This document shows positions 26,806 through 42,566 of a DNA stretch of 58,364 bases, one piece after another. Origin of the DNA: Octopus bimaculoides (lineage: Eukaryota). Location of the stretch: positions 39,439,225-39,497,588 of the forward strand of contig NC_068998.1 in the NCBI RefSeq assembly GCF_001194135.2. Direction: 5' to 3'. Position 1 is the stretch's first letter; each line of letters opens with the position of its first letter. Made by a program: the position numbers and the translations under genes. The notes below the pieces were generated by a model, which did no database searches, had not been told where the DNA came from, and saw nothing but the letters and a program-made list of their open reading frames with translations.

Positions 26806-29800
26806 GAACCTATCATTTACTTATTTCAGTTATTGGACTGCAACCATGCTGGGGCACTGCACTGAAGGGTTTTAGTTGAACAAATTGATTCCGTTACTTA
26901 TTTTCTAAAGCTTGGTAGTCAATCTATTGATCTCTTTTGCTGAATCACTAAGTTACAAGAATGTAAACAAACTAAATCATTTGTCAAGCAGTGGTAGGAC
27001 ACATACATACACATGCACACAATTATATATACTTACTAGCAGAAATAGCCAGTGTTGCCTGGGTTAAAGAGAATAATTAAATTTAAAAACACCATCCAGA
27101 TTATGCAGGTCTCAACTGCAAGTGATTGAGATACCGACTTTGAATTATATATATACCCCGAAAGGATGAAAGGCAAAGTCAACCTCGATGGAATTTGAAC
27201 TCAGAAAGTAGCGCTGAGCATTTCGCCCAGTGTGCTAACGTTTGTGCCAGCTTTCCTAGGGATCATCATGATGACTACGATGGCAATGACGATGATGATA
27301 GTGATGCTGAAGATGATGGCTGTGATGACGACAATGACAATGATAAGAAGGTGGAGGTGGAACGATTGTGATGATGACAGTGATGATGAAGATGATGGTG
27401 GTGGTGGTGATGATGATGATGACAACGTCGATGATGATGATGATGATATTACCTGTGTTTGGAATAACCAATGAAAGCTGGGCTGGTTTATCGGTCTGTT
27501 GGTGTTTCTCAGGACCCCTCTGTACAATGGGGGCCAGGGTAGAGGGGTGGTGGGGAGTATTGCCAACGTTGTCGTCATCACAGCTTCTTCTAGTATTGTC
27601 CTCTGTAACGCACACCACCGTAATACTATCTGGTGTTTGAGCTGCGTCTACAGATGCAGACGACGAAGAACTGAAGCTGACAGCATCAATTCCATTACAA
27701 GAATCCATCTCTGCCTCACTGATATCATCAGTGGTCGGCTTCTTCAGAGCTGAAGAGTTGCCATGGTAACTCAAGTACAGCTCTTCTTCGCTGGTCCAAG
27801 TATCTGGAAAAGGATATTGTAGAATAATCATGATGATGATGATGGTGATGATGATTATGATGATGATGAGATAGATTACAACAACAATGGTGATGGCAAC
27901 AATTATGATGATTGAGGACAATGATAACACTGATGATGATGATGATAATGATGATGATGATGAAGTCACTGATCCTTTCTACTGAAATTTTGAGGCCAGG
28001 TGTTAGTCAATTATATCAATCCCAGTACTCAGCTACTACTTATTTCTTATTTATTTATTACCCACAAGGGGCTACTCACAGAGGGGACAAACAAGCGGAT
28101 TAAGTCAATTATATCGACCCCAGTGCGTAACTGGTACTTATTTAATCGACCCCGGAAGGATGAAAGGCAAAGTCGACCTCGGCGGAATTTGAACTCAGAG
28201 CGTAGCGGCAGATGAAATATACCGCTAAGCATTTCGCCCGGCGTGCTAACGCTTCTGCCAGCTCGCCGCTACTACTTATTTCATCGATGGAAGACAATGT
28301 CAACAATGATGATGATAATGCTGATGACAATAAGCTTGATGAACAACCTCTTAATTACACCAATGACGATGATGATGATGATGGTGATGTGATGACGATG
28401 AGGATGGTGACAATGATAACACTGATGATGATAAAGATAACAACAATGATGGTGACTGATGAACATGATGATAAGGAGACGAGGTTGGTAGGCAACAAGA
28501 CTGATGGACAATCCTTCAATAACATTAATGCCAACGATGATGATGATGATGGTGATATCATCACTGATGATCATAGAGATAATAACTAGCAACAATAATG
28601 ATGTTTATGTTAATGACAATATTAAGGATAAAAATGATGAGATGAGGATGAGGATGATAAAGCTGAGATGATGATAATGATGATGATGATGTTATTATAA
28701 TGGATAACATGATGATAACAGAAACAACAGTGATAAAAATGATGATGACAAAGAAAACGATGATGACCTCACCTTGATCTTCTGTTTCTGTGACGTTGTC
28801 AAATGAAAATGGTTCCTTTTTGCTGTTACCTTTATTGTCGTTATAGTCGAGCTCCACAGAATAATCGTAATCACCTTCCTGTAATAAGTTGAACATTAAT
28901 GTAAAATGCCTGGTGAAGAGGGCGATTGCGGGGGGTGGGCAGGTGGGTGGGCAGGTGGGTGGAGGAGCAGGTTGACTTGGAAGATATTTTTGATGTTCTT
29001 CTTGTTTTTAACCCCACCAGTAAAACCTTCCGCCACACAATAAATCTCCATCCCTACCACTGACATCATTTGAGTTTTAATAAGTGATTCCATCCATCCC
29101 TCCATCCAACTATCTTCTCTTCCCACTCACTATTCCTGTGGGTGGGGGTAGAGTCCTTAGGTACCTCCTCCACAAGGTCCTATCAGAAGCAACTGTCATT
29201 AGATTTTCCGGCTAGATTCGCAAGCAATGAGCAACCGAGACCATGGACATTACCCAACCATCTCATTCTTGGTCAACCTCTATGTTGTTGTCTCTGAAGG
29301 GTCTGAACTAAATAATTATATTTATCTCAAGAGTTACACAAATCTGTACGGTTTGTTGTTGTTTTTGTTGTTGTAGTTTATTAACAGGTGAGCTTGATCC
29401 AACAAACCTAGAATCAAAGAAAGTGGTTCCAGCCATGACCATAGGTTTGGGCAATCAATTGCTTTTTATTTGGAGATAGTATATCCATTATCATTATTAT
29501 CATCATCACCATTAACAACAGTGACAGCAGATCTATGAGTAAAAGCAGTCCAACCATGACTGTCCCCTTTTTGTTTTATTTCAGACATAGTATATCTAGG
29601 ATTATATTATTGAAAGAATCCTTTTAATTTAATAAGGTGGTAGGATGTTGATTTAGGAGAGATTTGACTACTATTTCTAGTAGATCAAGTGACCACAGAG
29701 AGGCTTGCTCATCACTGAGGATGGTAATGTAATGTGAAACATTATGGTTAGTTCTGTTCAATAAGACAAATCTATGCTGACATAGATCAGAAGGAAATTT

Positions 29801-32800
29801 TTTTTAGTGCAAAGTGATTTCTACCTATAATGAAAGTGTCACACATTGTAAATCTCTTTACAACACAACAATTCTTGCAGGTCTACATCTATCTCTAAGC
29901 CTTAATGTACAGCATGTTATAGGATATTTGTGAGTGGTTGACCTCATTTAGACAATATAACAATTAATTACCTTTTCTTCCCGAGAACTGGAAGAAGGGT
30001 CACTGAAATGGTTCAAGTGTTCTTGAGAGGCAACAAATAGCTTCTGGTAATTCTGTTTATTGCTGACAGCTTCAAAGAAGTATCTAGAAAGAGAATGAAC
30101 AGTTAATCAATTAAACAAGTGAATATCAGATATACACTATTTATAGCAGCAAGAATAGTTGCTGCTGCTGTTTTTTAACTCCAGGTCAGCCTTGATTAAT
30201 CATATCAGCATTATTGATTTAATGTACACTTTTTCATGATTGCATGGGTTGGACGGAATCAGTTGAGGCAGATTTTCTATGGCTCAATGTCCTTCTTATC
30301 ACCAAACCTCACCTGTTTCTAAGCAAGAAATATTTCCCAATGGCTGGACATGTTTTATAGGAGAGTGGAAGTGAATAACACCTCATGTATGAGAGTGACA
30401 CTTGTTTGCAAATATCACCAGATGTGAAGACAAAGAGGCACAAATGCACACACGTGCACGCAGTTACGTATATACATACACATATATACATATGATGAGC
30501 TTCTTTCAGTTTCCGTCAAGCAAATCTATTCACAAAGTTTGGCTGACTCTATGGCAACAGTTGAGGACACTTGGCCCAAGATGCCATGCAGTGAAACTGA
30601 ACATGAAACCACATGGTTGGGAAGCAAACTTCTTAACCGCATAGCCATGCCTGCATCTATATAGAATATATAAACTAAAAATATAGCATTAAGATAAACT
30701 TTAACCAAAATGTTATTTCTACTCACTTCTGCGTCCGAGAACGTTCCTTTTCCAGTTTTCTCTTCAAGCTGTTCTCACGAAGCTGAAGGCAGTCGATGTG
30801 AAGGAGCATTTTGTCTGATATTAGTGCTGTCAGTTGGTATACATCTGGTCGATCTTCGGGTTTCACCGAGAGGCAACTGGTCAGTAATATAATACAATAC
30901 CCATACATAAAGGAGGAATCCAAATCCAACAGAAACAACAGCAGCAACAATAACAACAACAACAACCAGTAACAGGCTTAGCCAACAAAGGAGCCTCTTG
31001 TAAAGATGGTGATGATAATGAGGGTGAAGATAGCAATGATAATACAGGGTGTGGCAGAAATACCTCCTACATTTTAAACTTTAACCTATGTGTTGCTAAT
31101 GAACGTATGCAAGTGCCAAAGATGCTTTCATTTAGCTAATGGCCAAAAACAGTAACCCTTTGTTTAAACAACGGTAAAATTAATTTTTCACAAATGTTGT
31201 TTCTTTTTCCTTTTGTCAACCTTTGAAATGTGGGAGGTATTTCTGCCGCAGCCTGTAATGGCAGTGATGATGATGATGATAATGATACTGATGATGGTGC
31301 TGTTGCTGACAATGAGGAAGAGGATAGGAGCAAGGGGAGGGAAAGCATAGGGAGGAAGAGGAAGGGAAGGATGGAGAAGAGGAACCAGACATAAGAAGAG
31401 TGATTTTTCTTTGATGTTGAGCTAAGGAGATGTCTGTAATGAAGGCCATGAAATCCACAACAAATCTTCCATACCTTGAGATCACTTGTAACAACTGTGC
31501 TGAGTACAGTTTCTCAGGAACTGGTTTGTAGTCTGCTTCTACAATCTGAAATATATAATTCAACAATAACAAAAGTTTAAACATACATAAGGTTAGTTTC
31601 CTCAAAAACTATTACTAAAATATCTTCCCCTATCTCACTTGTACTATGACTAGCCTATATATACCCAAATAATTGCTTCTAATTTTGGTACAAGGCCAGC
31701 AATTTTAGGGGGAGAGGCATCTTGACAATTACATAAATCCCAATAGTTGACTAGTGTAGGGTACTGTCCATGGATTGATAACAGATGAACTGTAGACAGG
31801 AAGTTCACTGTGGGCTAGCTAGTGAGCTGGTCCACACAGAAGGGACCATTGCTTAACCATTAAGCAAAATAAGCATGTACTTAGGGCATCAAGGGAAGGA
31901 AGGGGCACCACAGAAATGGTAAATGGTTTACAACGCAAAAGAAACCACTTTAAACTTGCTAAAATAATATTCTCTACAAAGTATAGAAGCAGACGTTTTG
32001 TGTAAGATTACTTTTGAGAATCTGATCAAAGAGGAAACTTTTCAAATATAAATAAAGTGGAAGTAGACAAAAATAAACATTATTTTCCATCTTATTGCTA
32101 GTTTTGTTTTATTTTGAAAAGTAAGAATTTATTTTATGGTTTATTATTACTTACATTTCAAATTATATAAGGAGACACCAAAATCTTTTTAGTGCTTAGG
32201 GTTCATCACAAAGAACAGAATAAGATAGTTTAAATAATTTAGTCATGGATACTCTAAAATAGATAGAATGATGGACAGCTAGAAAGTCTTTATACACAGG
32301 TGTCTGCTGGATCACACCTGACCTGGGGTTAAACAATACAAGCAATGAAAATGAGGAAGTCATTTAGACAATTTCAACTGACCTTTTTGGCAAGGGTCAA
32401 CATATTTGTGGAGAAAAATGGTGGTTGTAAAGTACACATTTCATAGACAATACACCCCAGAGCCCAGATATCAGTCTTCTCACCATAAGGATCATTTTTG
32501 ATAACTTCAGGGCTGTAAAAAAAACACACACAAAAAAAAACTATCAGAAAAAGGAAAACTGAAAAAGAGTTCAACAACTGGACACATAAGGCCTGAACAA
32601 AAGATGGGATGGTCATGGCTAGAACACCTTTCCTCATAGGTATACTCAATCAAACTCCATCCTCTAACCCACAGAATTACTGTTTCCACTTACACTGACT
32701 TTCAACTACTACTGTCATGGCCTCTGCTTCTCGTACTTTCATCCACACTCAGGCATTCACATCTCTCCTACTCACATCATCCTTATTGTATCCACCACCT

Positions 32801-35800
32801 CTAGACCCTTATATTAACCCTTATCTTCAGTTCTTCTTTCCCAGAATGTTGGCCTTATGGAATTCCCATCTGGCATATGTTTTTTTGCAGCTGTCATCTT
32901 GCATCTATCCACTAATAAATATTAACTGCATCAATTTCACAAAACTTTGGGGGAACTCTGAAAACCAAAGACACAGCCCCTTTCTCCAGAACAAACAATT
33001 ACATTTTTTTTAACTCTTTAAGTCAGAGCTGAAATGGGGTTTAAAAAAATAACAACTGGAGGAGATGAAAAACAAAAGAAAATAAAAATAGGAAAAAAAC
33101 AGTAATATGTGAGATATTTTAAAAATTTAATGCAGTGAGAGAAGCAGGTTTGAACACTTGAAGGTTAGGCCAGTGAATCAGTAGGTTAACCACTGAGTCA
33201 CAGTCTGTTACAAGAAAAGGGAGAAAGAGTGTAAGGTAGATTTACCATGAATAAAGGATTGTGCCAACAACAGAGGTCATCTCTCTTTGTTTCCCTTGGT
33301 TGTGCTTAGCAAGACCAAAGTCAGCTGTGGAAGTGATATACAAGACAAGATGTTATAGGAAGCTATAACTCCAGTACACACACACACACACACACACTTG
33401 AAAAATGCACATGTGTGTATAATTAATTATATGTAAAAAAAAATGTTTATAAAAGCACTTTAACTCGGATCTGATGGAAAAAATATTTGTGTAAATGCTT
33501 TTCACTGTTTTCAGCTTTCCAAACACATTATTTAATGATAATCTTTTAGAAGTTATTTTTCATTATTAATAACTTTTCATTTTAGAACATCTTTTTTTCA
33601 AATGCTGTGACTGTATCAAAAAATTTTTCTAAAAACTTATGTATATGTGTGTGTGTGCGCGCATCTGCATGTGTCTGCATAAGTGCATGCACTGGAAACA
33701 GAAACAGCTGTAAAATCCAAGTCAAAATAAAGTTACATGCATGAACAGAGATTGGTGGGTTTCTCTTAGTAAATGTAAGATGGAGGGCTGCATGAGATCT
33801 GTGCAATGCATGGTTGCCGTTAGTGATGGTCAGGGTGTACATATAAATGTTTATACATATATGATGGCAGCAGCTCAGCTTTGATCAGTGCCATTACTCA
33901 ATTGTTCCCTTAACCTTTTAGCACTTAAATTACTGTTAAATATAGTGCTTATTTATTCACATTGTTTTGAATTAACCATGCGTTAACTTGTAGCTTCAAA
34001 ACTTTGAGGGGACGATAGTTACTTTTAGAATGACATTGTAGGGTAGGTGTGAGAGACTGGATCTCACTGGTTTGAACACAAAGCAAGTTGAATATTTGCA
34101 CTGGCTATGGCTGGTTTAAATTCTAAAGGGTTAAACATTCATTTGCACTGAGATGGCAACAATGGGCATTTTCGCAACAGGTGTTAAGAGAGTCTACCAT
34201 TCATGCTGAATTTTTCATTGAGTGTCCTGCTTTTCTCATCTGTGGTCACCCATAGCATCCAGCACATAAAAGAAATGTTAAAAATCAAGTGATGCCAGTG
34301 CCTGAAGCTTTTTAAAGTGAGTAAACACTTTGTACAGGGCCTATCCCATTCTGCAAACAATGTATGAATTTGCTCCAAATGAAGACCTACATACATATAT
34401 GTATGCATATTTTAGGGTGTTAGGAAAGACATTTAGCTGTAGAAATTATACTAAATCTGACATTGAGGCTTGGTACAGTCCTACAGCTTGTCGATCCTGT
34501 CAAAACATCCATCCCATGCCAGCATAAGCTGGATGTTTTGACAGATGTTAAATGATGATGGCTTACATATAATATATATATGTGTGTATCCAAAATTAGG
34601 GAATGGAGTAGATAAAACCCAGGCTACATATGTTTCATAGCTAGCAGAACCTCAGAAGTAGTAATTACCCAAACAATGGGTAATCTGCTAGCTACTCATC
34701 AGGCCAAAGATATTCGCACATCACATACACAGCAATCCCAGCTGCTAATCATAAACTATAAAATAACTTTATAGTTTATCGGTAAACCACTATTGTTCCT
34801 GAAAGTTGTTTTTTAATATCTTCTACAGACTGTTTGAAGCATACTGACTTCCTACACCTTGATCCTTGGATCTTACCTTTATATATATATAAAGTCATTT
34901 ATTCGGTGAATTATTGTTGTTTTTAGATATTTAAGAACACTTAAATTCATCCCCCATTCTCACATGTATTATTAGCAGATTGACCTTGCTCAGATTTGCA
35001 TGATGCTGAGCCTTCATCAGTCTCCATATTCCATAGCACGCAACAGCTTATCTTGCTGATATCCAATGTCATCTGTTAACTGACTGACATATATCTTCAC
35101 AAGGTGCCCAATGTGATTTTTGACTGTCAAGGTGTCCAAAGGAAGATATCTCTAACCAGCTCACACACAGCTGTTATCATTCTATCTGCCTGTACAAATT
35201 GCTATTACTGTTGTTGTGTAGTCCTGGTCTTCTCACATGGAGCAGACCTATCACACACATGCAGTCAGTTAAATAACTCACTGCCATTCACAAATATAAT
35301 GGCTTCACATACACCATAACGCTAAGACCTGTGCTTCACATTCTATATACAGGACAGTGTGCATTGCTATCGGAATTCACTGCTTTTTCTCCACTCCCCA
35401 GTCTGTTCTTGAATGCTGCTGTTGTCACAGATGACTGATTAATCAAGCCAGACCTCCAAATATTTTCACTAAACCCTTAGTCCATTAACAAATGCTGGCT
35501 GACAAGGATTACACTCTCAAGTCTTACAAATTTTTAAGACCTCAGTCAATATTGGGTATAACAAATCCATAAAAAAGAGTGACATTCATTGGAACAATAA
35601 CTGAACAAGACATCAATAAACATGTAAGATAACCAACATGAACTCACTGACAGTAACACGGTCCTGTTCACCAATCATAATGTTGTTGGGGGTTAAGTCT
35701 CGATGAACAATTCCCTTCTCTTTATGCAAATATCGTAATGCAAGTAGCATCTGTTAATGTACAAGCATTTACACACAGGTCATTATATGTGTATACACAA

Positions 35801-35991
35801 TTAACTGAAACAGAACTGGATGCATAAGGCTGGGACAAAAGATGGAATGGTCACTTTCGACCATAGGTATTATGCTCAATTACACTACACCCTCTGACCT
35901 ACAGAATTACAGCCTACCCTCTTTTTGACTACCATGGCCTCTCCTTCAGCTTTCCATTTGTTTCTGTGTGCATGAAAGTCAAAGGAGCATA

Positions 35992-36025
<34 letters not shown>

Positions 36026-39000
36026 GCTACTGGCATGCTGCTGTGGAGTTAAGAAGTTTGCTTCAGAACCATTGGTTTCAGGTTCAGTTCCACTGTATGA
36101 AGGCTAGCAGGTTGAAACATCAAAGTCACTGCCACCACTCCTGTTAAATAATAAATATGTACTCAGCAAAAAGTATTGAGTAATCCTTCAGTTTAATGTA
36201 GAATTGTTTTTATTATAACTTGACATAAAAACAAACATTAATACACACTCACACACATATATGGGACGAAGCAGTAAGAAAGGATCTTCAGATGGATGTT
36301 GGGCCTCACAGAGGGGATGACAAGAGACTGATACTTCTAGTAGTTTGATGTGCTTGAGAAGACACATCAAACTAAGTGAAATTGCATCCCTCTTCAGCTG
36401 AGTAATCCTAATCTTGAGGGCTTGTGTGTACTGGTGTCATGTAAAAAGCATCCATGCTGGTGCCACATAAAAGCACCCATGGTGGTGCTGTGTAAAAGCA
36501 CCTAGTACACTCTGTAAAGTGGTTCATGTTAGGAAGGGCATCCAGCTGTAGAAATCATACCAAAACAGACATGGAGCCTGGGCAGCTCTTCAGCAGGCCA
36601 GCTNNNNNNNNNNNNNNNNNNNNNNNNNNNNNNNNNNNNNNNNNNNNNNNNNNNNNNNNNNNNNNNNNNNNNNNNNNNNNNNNNNNNNNNNNNNNNNNNN
36701 NNNNNNNNNNNNNNNNNNNNNNNNNNNNNNNNNNNNNNNNNNNNNNNNNNNNNNNNNNNNNNNNNNNNNNNNNNNNNNNNNATATATATACACACATATA
36801 TATATATATTACTTACTTGGATCAATATGTTCCAGATTCTTGATTCTTCAAACAGACATCTTTTCTCTTTCAATGAGTTAAAATGTTCCTTTAGTGGGGC
36901 ACCATCAATGAGTTCCATGACAATGTATAACTTCTGACCTGGCAGGTTTAACATAGCAAAATCATTTCATCAGTATTTTTTAAACAATATTTCTCTGTCT
37001 CTCTTAACCTCTCATAATTCTTTTGTTTCCTGGAAATCTAAATCATATGAAAGGTTGCAGAATTGTAAAACTATTGGAAAAAAAATTGCGCAGAGAAATG
37101 TTGTCACTTGTCTTCAATCCCTATCATCTAATAAACATAATAACAGAGAAATCCAGCCATCTTTGTTACTGTGCGTATGTCTGTGTGAGTGAGTGATGGT
37201 TTTTTTTTTCTTTTGGCAAAGTTAGGTTAATGGTTCTGATTGTGGGATGTATACTGTCATGCCACTGGTGCTAGAGATATTGGCTCTTGTATAGATTAAA
37301 GACTCCAAGATACCACTCTACACTACCTTATGTCTGTTCTTTCCCTGTTTTTAATAAAAAGAAATATAGTACTGCCAGACTGGCCCTCGTGCTGGTGGCA
37401 CGTAAAAAGCACTCACTACACTCTCAGAGTGGTTGGCGTTAGGAAGGGCATCCAGCTGTAGAAACTCTGCCAGATCAGACTGGAATCTGGTGTAGCCATC
37501 TGGTTCGCCAGTCCCCAGTCAAATCGTCCAACCCATGCTAGCATGGAAAACGGACGTTAAATGATGATGATGATGATGATGATAGGCACAAGGTATGAAA
37601 TTTTGTAGGAAGGGGTTAGTTGATTTAACTGACCCCAGTGCTCAAATGGTATCTATTTTACTGATCCCAAAAGGATAAAAGTCAAAGTCGATCTCAGCAG
37701 AATTTGAACTCAGAACATAAAGATGACAAAATGCTGCTAAGCATTTTGCCCAGCATACTAAAATATGCACAGGAAGTGAAGAGAGAAAAAGTTTAAAAAA
37801 AAAAAGAAAAAAAAAGAAATGGGTGTGGGGGGGTACAACAGATGTACTGTTGGCAAATTTAAAGAAGCATGGAACTTTTGAAGGATGTAGTGTTTCAACA
37901 GTTAACAACAGATGCAGGTAGTTTATTCCATGCTTCAGCAATTCTGAGTGTGAAAAAATGTTTCTAAACGCCATGGGTGCTGTGTTGTTTCTTGATTTTG
38001 TAAGCATATCCATGAATGTTAGACATGATTTTCATTTAGAAAGATCAAGTAACAGTCCAAAATATTAGAATAATAAAGATATGAAAATCTTGTCTTTATA
38101 AATATTTTTATCCCCAAAACTTACCCAACTGAAACGTCTTGTAATACCGTACAATATTTTGGTGTCGAAGTTGTTCTCTGATAATGTTCAGTTCACTTAT
38201 CATTTTACCAATACTATTGGATCTTTCTGTCTCATTCTTACCAAAAACTGGATTCTGTAAATTTATCTGTAACGCAACAAATGAAAGAAAATTTTCTAAA
38301 ATTAATGCATCGCCCTGAAAAATGAAGAACCTTTGTTCAAATAATTTCACCAAAATGTTATTCCTCCCATTTAAATACTTAAACCAGAATGGATGGATTT
38401 GTGTGTGTGTGTGTGTGCGTGTGTGCATGAGTGTGTGTATGCATGTGTGTGTGCATGAGTGTGAGTGTGCATGAGTGTGTGTGTGTGTGTGCGTGCCTGC
38501 ATATGCACTTGTTATTTTTACAATCAATTATCTTTTTCTACATTTTCTACATTTCTAATGAACAGATGACAATGATTATTAGCTTTATGATTAATTCTGC
38601 TAATTCTGCTTGAGAAAGGTATTGGTGACAGGCTTGGAATTTTTATATTAATAATAGGCATAAGCATAGCTATGTAGTAAGAAGCATGCTTCCCAGCCAC
38701 ATGGTTCCTACTGTGTGGCACCTTGGGCCGATCAAAGCCTTGTGCATGGATTTTACCCTAACTACCTACATTATAAAGATATGTGTGTGTGTATGTATGT
38801 ATGTATGTATGTACACACACACACATCACTAGTAAGAATATGTTAACAAGTATAGAATTCCTTCTAAAGATGGGATAGGTGACATCACAATTATAGTTCA
38901 AATTGCGTTACTTCATATCTATTTGTTAACACCAATTTAGTAGATATCAATGTATGCTCAATGCACATTGCTACGTCTATATGTCACTGAATCTCTGAAG

Positions 39001-39669
39001 CAGCTATAAAAAAATAACAATCACTTCATCGGAATCTCTAAGCTATGAGAAAATGCATAACTAATTCAAAACAATGTGAATAGATAAGCATTACATTTGA
39101 GAGAGTAATATGAATGCTAAAGGGCAAAAATGAAAACAATGATGATGATAATATCACATATCATTTATAACTGTATTTACTTAGAGAAATACCATTAAAA
39201 TTATTTATCATCTATATCTATGAATAGAGTAAGTACATCTCATTTAATGCATACTGCACTGATACCACACTTTACCAATTTCAACAAAGCTTATTTTCAT
39301 AACTGTACAATAACTACTAATTATAATTACATGTATACTAAATAGATTTACATATCTACTAATTTTTTTACATATATGCTAATTATATTTACCCATGTAC
39401 TAATTATATTTACACAGCTAATAATTACATTGAAGCATTTAGAGCATCATATAGAATGTCTTGCAGTCTTTGCTATGGCTCTCTGTGCTGCACATGCATG
39501 TGTGTGCATGAGAGAGAGCAAAAAGAGAAAGATCAAAAGAGTGAGGCGCAAGAGACAGAGAAAGAAAGAGAGAGAGCAAGAGAAACAAAGAGAGACAGTA
39601 AGAGCGAGAGAGAACAAAAGAGACAGTGAGAGAGAGAGACAGAGACAGAGAGAGACAGAGACAGAGAGC

Positions 39670-39706
<37 letters not shown>

Positions 39707-40258
39707 CTAGAGAGATTACACTCACTTCTTTCAGGGCCAAAAACGACTGACCAGTGGCTTTTTTCACCTTATATACTGAACCAAAACCACCACTGCCCAG
39801 GAGTTCAAACACAGCATAATCGCCAATGTAATAGTTGGGTTTTTTGTTCTGGTCAGTTTCTTGTAAGTTGGTTTTGATGTCTGCAATGGTTTCAGGCTGG
39901 AAAACATGACAGAAATCTATGCAGTACAGATATTAACAGCAGTTGAGAATATATAAGAAGGATATATATGTATATGTGAACATGTGCACATGTGCATGTG
40001 TGTCTGTGTGCATGTATGTGTATCTGTCTGTGTGTATGTATGTCATCATCATCATCATAGTCCTCATCATTTTAATGTCCACTACTCCATGCTTGCATGG
40101 GTTAGACAAAGTTTAGCAAGGCAGATTTTCTGCAAACAGATGCCCTTCTTGTCACCAACCCTCACATGTTTCCAAGCAAGTTAATATTTCCTCATGGTCA
40201 GACATATTCTTGTAGAATCATTCTACAGCTATCAAATGACGGCAAGACAAGGAAACAC

Positions 40259-40295
<37 letters not shown>

Positions 40296-41345
40296 CGAGG
40301 GGTGTATGAAAAGTTTTGAGCCTTCAAGGCCTCTGAGCCTTGAAATCTTGTACCTACCTCAGAAGTTTTGTACCATGTTTTGCTTTTCTGAGGCTCAAGA
40401 CTTTTCATACACCCCTCGTATATATACATGACGGGCTTCTTTCAGTTTCCGTCTACCAAATTTACTTACAAGGCTTTGCTTGACCCAAGGGATACAGTAG
40501 AAGACACTTGCACAAGGTATCTTGCAGTGGGACTGAATCTGTAACCATGTAGTTGGGAAGCAAACTTCTTACCACACAACCTCTGTGTGTGTATGTGTGT
40601 TTATAAGACATAGTTTCAACCAGCATTAACAGGTTAAGGGATGCAAGACAAAGGAGAAGAGCAGCTGCAAATATACTGACTGCCCTAACCCGTAATCATC
40701 ATACTTGCAACATCTGCAGGCTTCTTTCCAAATTGCTAGCAGGACTCAAATGCCACATTTGGCATAAACACCACGACTGACAAAGAAAGTGTAGGTTGTC
40801 AAATCCTCATACATCAAAAGCAATGGGAGAGTCCATCATACATATAAATATATATATCATTATCATCATCATCATCATTACTTAACTTCCTCCTTCCATG
40901 CTAACATGCGTTGGATGGCTTGACACTAGCTGGCAAGTCAGAAGACTGCATCAAGTTCTGTTTTGGCATGGCTTCTACAGCTGGATGCTCTTCCTAAATA
41001 TATATTGTTTACTTTAATATGGCATACATTATCAGGGCCCGTAAATAGCACCATTAGAGCGTAATCGTTACCAGCGTTGCCTTTTAGCACTTGTGCTGGT
41101 GGCACGTTAGAAAATCATTCGAGTGAGGTTGTTGCCAGTATCGCTGGACTGGCTCTCGTGCAGGTGGCATGTAAAAGCACCCACTACACTCTTGGAGTGG
41201 TTGGCGTTAAGAAGGGCATCCAGCTGTAGAAACTCTGCCAGATCAGATTGGAGCCTGGTGCAGCCTTCTGGCTTGCCAGTCCTCAGTCAAATCGTCCAAC
41301 CCATGCTAGCATGGAAAGCGGACGTTAAACGATGATGATGATGAG

Positions 41346-41376
<31 letters not shown>

Positions 41377-42526
41377 TATATTGTTTACTTTAATATGGTA
41401 TACATTATCAGATATTTCAGACTCAATATTTAGATCAATATTCTACTCTTATACACATATTGTGTTATAATTATATTAACCAAGCAGGGGTAGGCTTGAT
41501 TGCAAGAAATGCAATTCCAATAATATTTTAATGATGACAGAAACCTATTAGTGGTATTTTGAATACACTTAATGATATGCATGTTTCATGTAGTTACATA
41601 ATGAGTAGACAACTGCATAATCACTCATTACATAACCACTCAAAACATGCATATCATTAAATGTATACAAAATATTAATAATTGGTTTTTGTCATTGTGT
41701 GTGTGTTTCTATCTCCTTGCCTTGATATCACATGCTAAGTGAAAATATAACAAATGGTATAAACACCATCCTGAAGCTGTGACTGAGGGAGAAAATGTGT
41801 TGATTCTCTGGGACTTCCCCGTATATACTGACAAAACTATAAAAGCTAATAAACCAGATATCATTATAAAAGATCAGACAAAAGAGATGTGTTTATTAAT
41901 TGACATGAGTATTCCTTGTGATCACAATATAGCAGCGAAAGAATTTGACAAGATCAGTAAATATAGACTTGCTAATAGAAATTGAAAAAATGTGGCATCC
42001 CAAGGCAACTACTGTACCAGTGATTGTAGGATCTCTAGGAATTATAAAAAAAAGTACTGAAACCTATTTGAAAATGATACCAGGCCTACCATCCCTACAG
42101 GTAGTGCAAAAAATCATGTTAACTGGAACGACTCATGTACTGAGAAGAGCATTATGGCTGTGAAAAAACATCCATTCACGAATTTATTTGTTTATTAATT
42201 TTTTTACATACATATTTTAGCTGTGAATTTGCGTGTGTAAACTGGGAATGCATACAATGAGCTTCTCTGCCCTAGGTGTACGGAAATCACTCGGCGAGAA
42301 ATGGAAGAAAATTTGAAGAAAGAAGAAAAAAAATAATAATAAGTTACCAGTCAATGTGTGAGTTGCTAAGAGGTTGCTTAACCTACTAGAAATTGTAGTT
42401 GAAACTCCCTTAAATCACAACCTAATGTCTTAATAGCAGCAACAGCAGGAACAACATCAACGACAAAAAACAACAAAAGTATCAACAAAAACAACAGCAA
42501 TAACAAGAACAACAACAATAGCAGTA

Positions 42527-42566
<40 letters not shown>

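Larger units (their letters stand above)
27270..28772. repeat. Degenerate (GAT)n microsatellite field surrounding two NEK10 linker exons
   Basis: Long GAT/GAC/AAT/GGT mosaics at 27270-27450, 27830-27965 and 28290-28770. Confidence 0.92.

Noticed and set aside
28896-29126. 76-aa ORF with a HPPA repeat as a NEK10 exon
   Set aside because: No suitable splice sites; the flanking exons already join in phase.
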